Positions 9,884-19,117 of a DNA stretch of 32,000 nt are shown here, piece by piece. The stretch comes from an uncultured Candidatus Saccharibacteria bacterium (GTDB taxonomy: Bacteria; Patescibacteriota; UBA1384; XYA2-FULL-43-10; 1-14-0-10-43-13), in NCBI GenBank assembly GCA_964543385.1, contig CAZIYE010000003.1, positions 21,590-53,589 of the forward strand, read 5' to 3'. The translations under genes were made by a program, and so were the position numbers. How positions within the stretch are numbered: position 1 is the stretch's first letter; each line of letters begins with the position of its first letter. A model generated the notes under the pieces. It had not been told where the DNA came from and searched no databases. It was given only the letters and a program-made list of their open reading frames with translations.

Positions 9884-12112
9884 TTATTCATGTGCTTTCT
9901 TTGAAGACCTACTCTCAGAGGATTGGCAACCCAGTAAAACTCCAAAATCGGCCTTGCTCTCCTCTTTTTGACCAATTAAATATTCTGTCAATCTTGGCAC
10001 TATATGATTACCATCAAAGAGAAGTTTGCGTTTTTGCAAAGTACAAATTTTCGCCAAATAATACTCGCGAAGAATTTCATCCTTTATTTTTTGGGTAAAG
10101 CTCTCTGCTTGGACAAGATATTTCATCTGATCCTGACCCGATTCGGCAGATTTTTCGGCCATAAACAAACAAAGTCGTGCCTTATTTCGCTCAAGATGAA
10201 GTTCGCCGAGAATTCGCTCGAAGAGTGAGTCGTCATTATCTGTTTTTTGTTGGATTTGTTCGATTAAGTTTTTAGCAACCCTAAACTCTGAATAATAGAG
10301 TTTTTTGGTGCCGTCGCGTTGTTCAAATATTTTATTAACAGAGGCAAATATTTCATTGACCATCTCATCGTTTTGCCAATCAAGTGCCAACTCTAATAAT
10401 TTTTGGTAGTGCTCGTATCCAGGATAGCTGACACCAGAGCTATACGAATGCGGATTGTCCTCAACATAATTGGCACTATCAGCAGCTAACTGAAAATATT
10501 GCAGAGCCGTTGCTTCTTCTTTTGATTGCATTTTTAGTTTTGCCAGAAATGTGTAAAAATCAATTCTTAGGTTGTTGTAATATCCACAATGATCTTGAAA
10601 TGTTGCCACTGACTTGTCAAAATCTCCCTCTTTGCCAGCGTAATATTTGGCAATTTCCATCCATGACTGTAGAAAGTGGCGATCGCCCCTCAGATGATAG
10701 TCTCCATAAGAAACGTCATACTCATAATCTTTGACAGTATCAAGAGTTTTGGTTGCCTCCTCTGGATTTCCCTGCCGCAGATAAGATTTGACGATCGACA
10801 AATTGATCTCTACTCTTCTGAATTTGTCATGGTCTTTTTGAGGGAACCAGCGTAATGCGCTTTGTATATCATCTATATCTGCATATGCCCTAGATATCGC
10901 AGTCATGGCATCGTCAGTGTTGTCTGACCAGCGTTTGTAATGGGGATAATACAAGAGCGCCGTATCGATATCGCCATCCCTGAGACAACTTTCCATCACA
11001 TTATATGAGAAACGACCGATACGGTCCCCAACCGTTAATTTTGGAATGGAGCCTTCGTTTTTTGTTGCTTGACATACTATTTTGATATTTGTCTCTTTGT
11101 CTGTTTTGGAATAATACCGATAACGTACCCAGGCAAGGCTAATAATCAAGTCATTACTTACTTCTCTACTTTGCACTATTTGCCATGCTAGCTCATAATA
11201 TCGATCGGCTTCAGCATCGTCACCGGCCTCTTTGTAGTATTTGATTGCTTCTAAATAACAGCTATATTTCGCGCTTATATCCTCGACTCGTTCAATCAGA
11301 CTCAGCGCGCTATCTGTATCCTTGTTTTTAAATAGCTCACTAATTTTGTTTTTAATTAATTGATCCTTTTCCCCTAGCACACTTATAATTTTCTTTTGTG
11401 TTTCAACAAACTTGTCGATCTGCCCTAGCTCATAATATTTTTCAGCCATTGTTTTGTAGATATCATCCCGATCGTTGGGGAAGGTTGACTGTCCCATAGT
11501 CTCCAGAAGCTCTTCGGTTTTGACAAAATTGCCTCTTTTTGCGTAAGCTACCGCCAGTTTTTTTCGCAAATCAAAGAGATGGCGATGATCAGTCAACTGG
11601 CCTATAAATTGTTCCGCTTGCTCAACTTCACCTGCTTCGGCTAAAGCATCCGCAATATTAGATTGCCAATGTTCAAGGTTAAATGACCCGCTCGCATTGG
11701 CAGACAAGAGATTACCCAGAGTAATAGCACGGTCGAATTCTTTTGCCTTGACCAATGCTCTACATGCATGGTAACCATACATCGATTTATCTCTCGATTC
11801 AGAGTTTAAAACATCGGCAATCCCATAGAAATCACCAAGCAAGGCCTGGAGTTCTGCCAATGCTTCAAGCGGTCTGGCGAATTCAGTGTCTGATTCATTA
11901 GTCGATGCCAGTATGCCAGGATATGCGGTAACTCTTTTTGCAAATTGTTTAAAAGCGGCCGCTTCGCTTAACAAGAGCTTAATGAGCTCCTCTTCTTCGG
12001 TTTTTAGATATTCTTTTAATTCAAAAAGGCGGAGAGATCCCATCTCTGGTTTAAATTCTCGGGTAGATTCAGCCAGTTTTATTATATAAGAAGTTATTTG
12101 TTCGCATTGCAT
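9884..12112 (-). CDS. TPR/alpha-solenoid protein with the shared N-terminal motif (array member 5)
   Basis: ORF 742 aa; MQCEQIT; TPR-like helix repeats (IADALAEAGEVEQAEQFIGQL, KLAVAYAKRGNFVKTEELLETM, EAIKYYKEAGDDAEADRYYELAWQI). Confidence 0.75.
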   Translation of the reverse strand: MQCEQITSYIIKLAESTREFKPEMGSLRLFELKEYLKTEEEELIKLLLSEAAAFKQFAKRVTAYPGILASTNESDTEFARPLEALAELQALLGDFYGIADVLNSESRDKSMYGYHACRALVKAKEFDRAITLGNLLSANASGSFNLEHWQSNIADALAEAGEVEQAEQFIGQLTDHRHLFDLRKKLAVAYAKRGNFVKTEELLETMGQSTFPNDRDDIYKTMAEKYYELGQIDKFVETQKKIISVLGEKDQLIKNKISELFKNKDTDSALSLIERVEDISAKYSCYLEAIKYYKEAGDDAEADRYYELAWQIVQSREVSNDLIISLAWVRYRYYSKTDKETNIKIVCQATKNEGSIPKLTVGDRIGRFSYNVMESCLRDGDIDTALLYYPHYKRWSDNTDDAMTAISRAYADIDDIQSALRWFPQKDHDKFRRVEINLSIVKSYLRQGNPEEATKTLDTVKDYEYDVSYGDYHLRGDRHFLQSWMEIAKYYAGKEGDFDKSVATFQDHCGYYNNLRIDFYTFLAKLKMQSKEEATALQYFQLAADSANYVEDNPHSYSSGVSYPGYEHYQKLLELALDWQNDEMVNEIFASVNKIFEQRDGTKKLYYSEFRVAKNLIEQIQQKTDNDDSLFERILGELHLERNKARLCLFMAEKSAESGQDQMKYLVQAESFTQKIKDEILREYYLAKICTLQKRKLLFDGNHIVPRLTEYLIGQKEESKADFGVLLGCQSSESRSSKKAHE

Positions 12113-12116
12113 AAAT

Positions 12117-13277
12117 TTATTTTACCTTTTTCTTTGCCGTATTGCGAAAGATTAATATCCTGCCATCAACTAAGCCAAAAATGATTTTATGGTCGATACC
12201 GATATCAAAAGATTTTATTTTCACGTGATCAATTTCTGATGAAAAATCGATCGAGCCAACTTTTTCCATGGATTTCAGATTAAAAATATCGATCAGCCCA
12301 CCGAAAGCAAGAGCAAAGACGTACTCCTTTTTCGGATCGACCGCAATTTTTTCATACGGATTTGCTTCTCCATTTTCAAGTTTGATTATTGATCGAACTT
12401 CGTAGGAGGAAATATATTCCCCATCCTGCTTGTTTGGTTTTTGAATTTCCAGCCCTTTTCCCGAGAGAACGATATAGTTCGTGTTTTCTAGTGGTTTGAA
12501 ATCTATAACGCCCATCGATTGGTATAGACACTCTTTTTTCTCATGATTCCAGACAGTAAGCTGTCTAGACGTATCCAGAGAATATATAATTTCCTGATTG
12601 GCTGAAAATTCGATATCTTTAAATCGGCGAATTTCGATAAATGACGGCTTTTTAAATCGTTCGCCTTTTTTAAAACCTGCTCCGATGCTGCAGATGGTCC
12701 CGTCATTATCAGAGGCGCCAACCGCAATGTCTGTGCCCACAGCGAAAATATCAGGCAATGTTTGAGGATCAGCCGCATCGTAAGACGACCCTTGCTGACC
12801 AGCTTTTCTATACAGGATTTTTGCCATGCCTTTTCGCTCAGTCCTGATGAAAATAGTGCCCTCTGGATCGATAGCAAAATAAGTAGGGATTCGCTCTTTT
12901 CTAATACTCGCATCCGCTAGAGTTTCTGCCTCATTCTTTAAGTTTATGATATCCACTGTTTGATCATCTTCGACAGTGTCGTCTAGCCGGCGAATTGCAT
13001 ACAACATCTCACCATCCGGCGAGACTTTGACCGGCCAAAAACCTTGATGAAATTTTTCTGCAGTACTTTCACTTTCATAGCCGCCTCTATCAAAAAATTT
13101 TGCAAATTTTCGCCATCGAAAAAATTCTGATTTTTCTTTGACATATCTATTTATAACTCGTATTTGCACTTTTGCTCTGTCGTATTGTTTGCCATCCACA
13201 AAAAAATTATAAGTTCTAAGCTCATTTCTGAGTTGATAGATCAACACTGTTAAGTTTTTACAATTTTCTGTTTCCAT
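12117..13277 (-). CDS. Beta-propeller/WD40-like protein with the shared N-terminal motif (array member 4)
   Basis: ORF 386 aa; ENCKNLT; propeller-like blades (PVKVSPDGEMLYAIRR, EFSANQEIIYSLDTSRQLTVWNHEKKECL, IAVDPKKEYVFALAFGGLIDIFNLKSMEKVG). Confidence 0.65.
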   Translation of the reverse strand: METENCKNLTVLIYQLRNELRTYNFFVDGKQYDRAKVQIRVINRYVKEKSEFFRWRKFAKFFDRGGYESESTAEKFHQGFWPVKVSPDGEMLYAIRRLDDTVEDDQTVDIINLKNEAETLADASIRKERIPTYFAIDPEGTIFIRTERKGMAKILYRKAGQQGSSYDAADPQTLPDIFAVGTDIAVGASDNDGTICSIGAGFKKGERFKKPSFIEIRRFKDIEFSANQEIIYSLDTSRQLTVWNHEKKECLYQSMGVIDFKPLENTNYIVLSGKGLEIQKPNKQDGEYISSYEVRSIIKLENGEANPYEKIAVDPKKEYVFALAFGGLIDIFNLKSMEKVGSIDFSSEIDHVKIKSFDIGIDHKIIFGLVDGRILIFRNTAKKKVK

Positions 13278-13278
13278 T

Positions 13279-14427
13279 CTAGTACTCGATAATTATGCGT
13301 CCCTTTTTATCCATTTTATATTTCTTGCCTTCAATAACTATTGTTAGCAATCCGCTGCTGCTAAAGCGACCTTTTATTTCTGTATCTGGAGGAAGATTGA
13401 ATTTTTGACGGAAATCAACGCCAACTTCATCGACTAGTTTTACAATTCTTCTTTTTGCATCCTTTTCGACTTGTTCCCAATATAAACAATAACCTTCATT
13501 AAATTCTGGAGTTGTAAATTCGTCTTTGTAAAACTCGTAAGTCTTTATAGTCTTGCCGCTCTTATCTATTTTCTGCCAGAGTCCATCTACAAAGACAATC
13601 GTTGTCCCGTTTTCAAAATGACCAGTCTTTTTATATGGACCCAAAACCTTCTGGAAATTGTGATCGTAGAAGCAATATTCACCGTTTTTTTCTGGAAATG
13701 GCAGCAATCCCTCGGTAAAATAGCTTTCCTTATAACTCCGGCCGACAGTGAATTCGAGCCCCGTCTCAACTATCTGACCATCTTTGTTTATGAAATGCCA
13801 CTCGCCGTTATCCTCCTTTGTGCAGGCCAATCCTTCACTAAATGAGCTGGCATCTTCGAAGCCACCGTTAAAAAGCCCATCATTCTTGAGTTGCCCATCG
13901 ATGTCACTAAAATACCAACGATTCCCTATTTGGGCGCAGCCGGTTCCATCAAGAAAAGGCTTTAGAAATTTCACTCGGGCATTTTTACCAGCAATAATTT
14001 TCCCATCATGTCGCAAGTATTGGGCTGATTGAGTTTTTGTTTTTTCGTCATACAGTTCAGTCACTATAACACCATCAAGAGACCACTTTCCGATACCGAC
14101 AATATCAATGTTAGTCCCCGCAACCCGCTGACCTTTTCGATCTATTAAGATAGGTAAATCGTTTTCATCATACGCAATCGCTGTACCCATTATATTAAAT
14201 GGCCTAACATCTCCAAAATTTTTAGACTTCATAAGAGTGGCCAGAAATAATATATCGCGATCGTACGCATCAACAACCAAAAACTCACTGACACATAACT
14301 TTCTAATTTCGATTTTGTATTGATTTTTCTCGGCTGCTGCTTGAGCGTCATCAAACTGTCCGATTAGTTTACCAGCCATATTAGCCGTCTCAGTGTATTG
14401 ATCACAACTTGGAGTATTTATTTTCAT
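13279..14427 (-). CDS. WG-repeat protein with the shared N-terminal motif (array member 3)
   Basis: ORF 382 aa; PSCDQYT; FSEGLACTKEDNGEWHFINKDGQIVETG, FTEGLLPFPEKNGEYCFYDHNFQKVLG. Confidence 0.75.
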   Translation of the reverse strand: MKINTPSCDQYTETANMAGKLIGQFDDAQAAAEKNQYKIEIRKLCVSEFLVVDAYDRDILFLATLMKSKNFGDVRPFNIMGTAIAYDENDLPILIDRKGQRVAGTNIDIVGIGKWSLDGVIVTELYDEKTKTQSAQYLRHDGKIIAGKNARVKFLKPFLDGTGCAQIGNRWYFSDIDGQLKNDGLFNGGFEDASSFSEGLACTKEDNGEWHFINKDGQIVETGLEFTVGRSYKESYFTEGLLPFPEKNGEYCFYDHNFQKVLGPYKKTGHFENGTTIVFVDGLWQKIDKSGKTIKTYEFYKDEFTTPEFNEGYCLYWEQVEKDAKRRIVKLVDEVGVDFRQKFNLPPDTEIKGRFSSSGLLTIVIEGKKYKMDKKGRIIIEY

Positions 14428-15677
14428 TTTTTAAATACCTTCTTGCCCTTGTGGTCGATATAAAATTCTTTACCGTCTTTCATAACCCAAGCAACACCAT
14501 GTTCGAAACTGTTGGCTTGTTCAAATGGACCAAAAATCTTACTTCCCTCATGATCTATAAAGAAGGTTTTCTCTTTCTGGCAAATAATTGCAAAACCATC
14601 AGCAAAAGTTTGAACTGAATCGTACGTTTCGCCCTCTTTTGGCAAAACTTTTTCACCAATTTCGTTAATAAAGTAATATGGATCGCCAGGCTTTTCACAA
14701 ATGACCGCTAATCCCTCGGAAAAAATACTGTGGGCGTGGAGTCTATCAACTTGGAAAAGCCATTTATTATGGATCGGCTCCACCAGTGAAGTTTTTGTTC
14801 CTTCCTGATACCAGAAACGCCCAGCGCCGGCATTTTGGATTGTATATTGGTCGCTGCTATCGCCCACAAATCTACCTTCTCGGTCAAAAAACTGCGGACG
14901 GCAATCATGTCTTATGGTTAGGGAGATGCCATCCCTAAAGGAGAAACATTGGCTTGCGGGAATTCTTTCTCCGATCGGGTTCATTGTCTCATCGACCAAC
15001 TGTGCAATCGTTTCACTGTCGTCAACACTTCGAACCCATGCTATACCCTCGGAAAAAGGTGTCCGAGGAATAATATTTTCAATTTTTGTGCCGTCTCTAC
15101 GAATAAATGATCTGGCTGCATCTTCTGGTATTCCAGCATCGGAATCGTATACACAGAGTATTTTTTCATCTTTCGAGCCATCTATGTCGCCAAATGGTCC
15201 GGCAATCTTTTCACCGTTTTTATCGATGAGATAAAATTTGCTTTCGACAGCGGCTAATCCGGCGAAACCGCTGTCATCAATCTCGTCATCGCCTAACTCG
15301 GCCACATCTTCAAAATATTCCTCGATCACCGCCGAGCCATCGACAAAGCGATGTGCATGCCTGACTTCACTGCCAAATGTTTTGACGATTTCAGCATGAT
15401 CATTTACCAAAAACTTGGTTTCTTCTTTCTTACCCCAAGCAAGCCCTTCGTGATATTCAGAAACAAACTCAAAGCCATGTTTTTCAGCCACTAGCTTGCG
15501 AAAATTTATCTGCGCTTCATACTTATCGATAACTGGTAAGACTTCTAACAAGGTAGAATTTATCTCCTGCTTGATATTAAGAAAACTGGACAATTCCTTT
15601 TTCTCTTCGATAAGATCGATCGACTTTTTACTGACTATTAGTGACGATATTTTGTTTGTAATTTCTTGACAATTCAT
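14424..15677 (-). CDS. WG-repeat protein with the shared N-terminal motif (array member 2)
   Basis: ORF 417 aa; MNCQEIT; EYHEGLAWGKKEETKFLVNDHAEIVK, FSEGLAVICEKPGDPYYFINEIGEKVLP, FEHGVAWVMKDGKEFYIDHKGKKVF. Confidence 0.8.
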   Translation of the reverse strand: MNCQEITNKISSLIVSKKSIDLIEEKKELSSFLNIKQEINSTLLEVLPVIDKYEAQINFRKLVAEKHGFEFVSEYHEGLAWGKKEETKFLVNDHAEIVKTFGSEVRHAHRFVDGSAVIEEYFEDVAELGDDEIDDSGFAGLAAVESKFYLIDKNGEKIAGPFGDIDGSKDEKILCVYDSDAGIPEDAARSFIRRDGTKIENIIPRTPFSEGIAWVRSVDDSETIAQLVDETMNPIGERIPASQCFSFRDGISLTIRHDCRPQFFDREGRFVGDSSDQYTIQNAGAGRFWYQEGTKTSLVEPIHNKWLFQVDRLHAHSIFSEGLAVICEKPGDPYYFINEIGEKVLPKEGETYDSVQTFADGFAIICQKEKTFFIDHEGSKIFGPFEQANSFEHGVAWVMKDGKEFYIDHKGKKVFKK

Positions 15678-17062
15678 CGTATCTCCATAAATTCAGCTCT
15701 TCTTTTCTTGCCGACTGTTATTTTTCCGATTTTGACTGGCTCAGTCCACTTCTTTAGATACAAAACAACCCCATGACGATCGGAAATAGGAGCAACACTT
15801 TTACAAGCCTCCTCATATGAGATTTTAGGATCATCGATTACGATTGTCCCACCCGTCATCCCGCGCCCGATAGTTTGGCAATTGCCGGCATTCTTGATCC
15901 AGACAATTCCATTTTCGAGGAAAGAAAAATTGGCTTCGGTAAAATTTTCGGGGATGGTCAGCATCAGTAGTCCAGAATCAGTCCGCAAACTATTGATATA
16001 TGGACTGCTTTCAAAATATTTCTCCTCACGAATTTGTGGGGCGCTACAAAATACTAACTCGTCTTTTTCTTCGTCATAAGACATAATCGCCCCAACTGGA
16101 CGCTGGCCCTGTTCTGGTTTATTAATTATTTGATCCCTTTTGCATTTTATTAAGACTGTTCCACCTAATCCACCAACAATGTAACGAGCATCACCTTGAA
16201 CCTTGCCAAAAATAAATGTTCCTCCACTGGAAAATGAGCAAAACTCCGCACCAGTTAGATGCCCGACGTTTTCAAGAGTTGGTCTAAGATCGAAATCCTT
16301 TACGAATATTGTTCCACCCGTCGCACTTGCAGCGATGTTAGCGTTTTCAGCCCTCTCGACCACAATTGTTCCACCGTGAATCTTGTAGCCAATATTTCCT
16401 TCCGCTTTTTTAATATGGATGCTACCACCGGTCATCGATTTGCCTAATTCTGAATTATGCTCACTCCCAATGGTTGACTTAAGTTCTCCAATCTCGACAT
16501 CACCATCTTCCATTTCTTCAAAGGCACTGCCACTAAGTTCATCAATTGCAAGGGTTCCTTTTCGCCAATAGAATCCTTTGAAATTACGTCCGAAATGTTC
16601 TTTCAATTCCCTAGGAAGATCTTTTGATTTTACATCAAAGGCATACCTATGATCAGGCTGGTATGCTTGTAAAAAAGCTGAGTTTAAGTTGCTTCGAAAC
16701 CACTCTACAAACTCCGGGGAATTGGGCGTGATTCTGCTCACATTCCGCCGAATAAAACCTTCGACACTTTTCAGGAATCGACGATATTGAAATTGATAAA
16801 GCTGACAGCCGTTATTGTTTAATTTCAAAGATGACGGCAGTTTATTTTGCAAAAAATCCAAGGCGTGAGGATCGGCTTCAAGCGCATCAAAAAACTGCGA
16901 GTCAAGCGGTAAAATCATATCTTGAAACTGGACAAATTCAAGGTTAATTTTGCCTTTTACAGAATGCAAACCAGCGAGATCTTTTTTTTCACAAAGAAAA
17001 GCAAACGGCATCTCTGCCATCTGTATGTCAATAACTACTTTTGTTAGCTCCTTACAATTCAA
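15674..17062 (-). CDS. GXGXG/beta-helix protein with the shared N-terminal motif (array member 1), probable TTG start
   Basis: ORF track starts at 17173, but TTG at 17062 gives (M)NCKELTKVV, preceded by a GGGAGG RBS and a TATAAT box; repeats SMTGGSIHIKKAEGNIGYKIHGGTIVVERAENANIAASATGGTIFV; C-terminus SYEEACKSVAPISDRHGVVLYLKK. Confidence 0.75.
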   Translation of the reverse strand: MNCKELTKVVIDIQMAEMPFAFLCEKKDLAGLHSVKGKINLEFVQFQDMILPLDSQFFDALEADPHALDFLQNKLPSSLKLNNNGCQLYQFQYRRFLKSVEGFIRRNVSRITPNSPEFVEWFRSNLNSAFLQAYQPDHRYAFDVKSKDLPRELKEHFGRNFKGFYWRKGTLAIDELSGSAFEEMEDGDVEIGELKSTIGSEHNSELGKSMTGGSIHIKKAEGNIGYKIHGGTIVVERAENANIAASATGGTIFVKDFDLRPTLENVGHLTGAEFCSFSSGGTFIFGKVQGDARYIVGGLGGTVLIKCKRDQIINKPEQGQRPVGAIMSYDEEKDELVFCSAPQIREEKYFESSPYINSLRTDSGLLMLTIPENFTEANFSFLENGIVWIKNAGNCQTIGRGMTGGTIVIDDPKISYEEACKSVAPISDRHGVVLYLKKWTEPVKIGKITVGKKRRAEFMEIR

Positions 17063-17086
17063 AAACCCTCCCGAACTTATGCCTAG

Positions 17087-17092
17087 ATTATA
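17087..17092 (-). promoter_or_regulatory. Candidate -10 box (TATAAT) for the array operon
   Basis: Reverse strand reads TTTAGG-TATAAT-CTAGGCATAAGTTCGGGAGGGTTTTTG(start); -35 weak (TTCTAA, 17-bp spacer). Confidence 0.5.
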
Positions 17093-17138
17093 CCTAAATT
17101 TCAGAGAGTTTAGAACAGCTGCATCCCAGCATATTTCG

Positions 17139-18896
17139 TTAGAACCGTTTTCCCAATAAACAACCTGTTTCATCGGAATCGGTGAGTGTTAGTACAACCG
17201 ATTTGTCTAATTTATTTCCGAATTCTTCCGATAGTTCTTTCTTGGGGATTGCGTCAGAATTCATAGTACAAATATACTGAAAACCAAACTCGTTTGATTT
17301 TTTTTCTGCGAGCTCTAACGCTTTGGCAACTTGCCGTTCATCAACGCCGTCAAATATAGTCGAATCGTGTATCAAGAACGGCTTGCCATCATTAAATCTA
17401 GACCACAGCTCTGCCAACATAAGGTCATAGCAAAATATTTTCATATTGCTAATTCCCTGACTACCGGCTCTCTTGATCTCAACATCAAATTTGTAGCCAA
17501 AATCAGTTGTTTCTATTGAAAGCAATCCCGGCTCTTCATAGAGGTACTCAGAATTTGCATTAAAAATACTGATTGCCCTATCCCTGTTCGGTTTACGATC
17601 ATCAAAGTCTCTTCTCATGCCTTTCAGGAGTTCTTCTTTCCTTATTCTTAAATCTCCAACACCATCATTAAATTTCTTCAGGTTAGCAATCCTTTGATTT
17701 ATCTCGGATAATCTTTGGTTAAGCGAATTACTCCTCTCTTGAAGTTTGGAATATTCGTCCAGTGCCCCTTGTGTTTGAAGAATACTCATCAACTTTGCTT
17801 TATCTTTGGTGAGTTTCTCAACCTGCTCTTTGTCTTCGACAATTTTATCAGACAGTTTTTTTATCTCAGATGATAGATAGTCTCGCCTATTTTTAACTAT
17901 GTCTTTATGAAATGTCTCTATCTCTTCAAATTTTCGTACGGTACCAGACGAAAAGACTGCGCCTGCCTGTTTAAAAATTCTTTCGATTTCTTCCTTTTGA
18001 AAAGAGAAATCTTCCGAGTCATCTTCTTGGTACTTCTTTGACAGCTGCTCATTTAAATTAATTGTATTAAGCAGTGAATGAGTTTGACCCGTAATCGCAT
18101 CAGCTTCTTTTTGAATCTCATAATATTGAGGATGCACAACAAAAGATGATATTTGTTTCCCAACCTTGTTTATCGTTTCCTCGAGACGCACTCTTTCTGC
18201 GTCCAGTTCTCCGAGTGACCCAAAATAATTTTCTAGTAATCCAGAACTAGCTGCTTTTTTAAGTCCACTTAAGGTTTTTTCATCATCTTTAATTAGTTGT
18301 AACTCTGAAGAATACTCCCAATCTAGCCCCAAAAGATAGCTATTGTTTATCTGTACGTCTGACGAGGACTGTCTTGAGAAATGCCGAAATGGCTCGTCAA
18401 AGGAGCCTGTGCCAGTCCTAATAAAATAAGAGATGAGGCTTCTATAGCTTGGATGATAAGAGAAAGTCTCGCTCAATTTTTCTGTAACACCAAATAGAAG
18501 CTTACCCATTGATACATTAAAGTCTTTAGCCTTAAAAACCGAATGTCCGTTTTCGGCTAAATTCGGCTTTGTTAGCCAATCAGAAAAGTCGCCTTCCCCT
18601 TCAATTTCATTTGGAGAAGAAGTATTTCGTAGAAAAGTATAGACTTTTTCACCAAGTTCAACCTTTACAGAAAAAACAACGTTCTCTAGTTCCTCTTTCT
18701 TCAATGACGAATTAAGATTGGCTCCGAGACAAAAATCTACAATATTGATTAGCGTGGTTTTGCCCAGACCGTTTCTTGAATCTTTGCTTTTGGATTCTCT
18801 GGTTCTTTCTGCTATGACCATGTTGAAATTATTATCCGTATTTAAACGGACACTTCGAAAGGTTTCCTTGCTTGAATTTATTTCTAAAACTTTCAT
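17139..18896 (-). CDS. ABC-3C system ABC/SMC-like ATPase (DUF2326-like)
   Basis: ORF 585 aa; N-terminal P-loop NGLGKTTLINIVDFCLG, central coiled coil, C-terminal KPFLIHDSTIFDGVDERQVAKAL. Confidence 0.8.
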   Translation of the reverse strand: MKVLEINSSKETFRSVRLNTDNNFNMVIAERTRESKSKDSRNGLGKTTLINIVDFCLGANLNSSLKKEELENVVFSVKVELGEKVYTFLRNTSSPNEIEGEGDFSDWLTKPNLAENGHSVFKAKDFNVSMGKLLFGVTEKLSETFSYHPSYRSLISYFIRTGTGSFDEPFRHFSRQSSSDVQINNSYLLGLDWEYSSELQLIKDDEKTLSGLKKAASSGLLENYFGSLGELDAERVRLEETINKVGKQISSFVVHPQYYEIQKEADAITGQTHSLLNTINLNEQLSKKYQEDDSEDFSFQKEEIERIFKQAGAVFSSGTVRKFEEIETFHKDIVKNRRDYLSSEIKKLSDKIVEDKEQVEKLTKDKAKLMSILQTQGALDEYSKLQERSNSLNQRLSEINQRIANLKKFNDGVGDLRIRKEELLKGMRRDFDDRKPNRDRAISIFNANSEYLYEEPGLLSIETTDFGYKFDVEIKRAGSQGISNMKIFCYDLMLAELWSRFNDGKPFLIHDSTIFDGVDERQVAKALELAEKKSNEFGFQYICTMNSDAIPKKELSEEFGNKLDKSVVLTLTDSDETGCLLGKRF

Positions 18897-19117
18897 CTCT
18901 TTTGAATTAACAATCCATCTCTTAAATCAACCAAGCCAACAGAAAATAAGAAATCCAACCCATAAATAAACTTATCAAACGAATTTATTTCGGGTACCCT
19001 TCTGGATTTTTCCCAAAGCCTTGTGACAGTGGTTGAATCTTGCATAAATGTCAAAATTCTTGCGCTAATACCCATTATTGAATTATTGAATGATATATTT
19101 TTATCTGGAAAAATCAT
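18893..19117 (-). CDS. ABC-3C small middle component-like protein
   Basis: 74 aa ORF between the HNH and ATPase genes, ATGA overlap with the ATPase; size and position match the ABC-3C middle component (FDKFIYGLDFLFSVGLVDLRDGLLI). Confidence 0.65.
   Translation of the reverse strand: MIFPDKNISFNNSIMGISARILTFMQDSTTVTRLWEKSRRVPEINSFDKFIYGLDFLFSVGLVDLRDGLLIQKR

Noticed and set aside
1339-16447. Many 60-124 aa ORFs on the plus strand opposite the array
   Set aside because: Antisense to long well-supported CDSs, no RBS pattern or family signal; treated as spurious.
525-17062. Diversity-generating retroelement or CRISPR explanation for the variable array
   Set aside because: No reverse transcriptase, template/variable repeat pair, cas gene or spaced short repeats seen in the window.
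1-17062. Polymorphic toxin/immunity array or restriction-modification island
   Set aside because: No recognisable toxin, nuclease, methyltransferase or immunity-like domains in the 13 genes; repeat scaffolds only. Cannot be excluded without structure searches.
15674-17173. ATG start at 17173 for the first array gene
   Set aside because: Lies upstream of the likely promoter; TTG at 17062 fits RBS, promoter and the shared N-terminal motif better.
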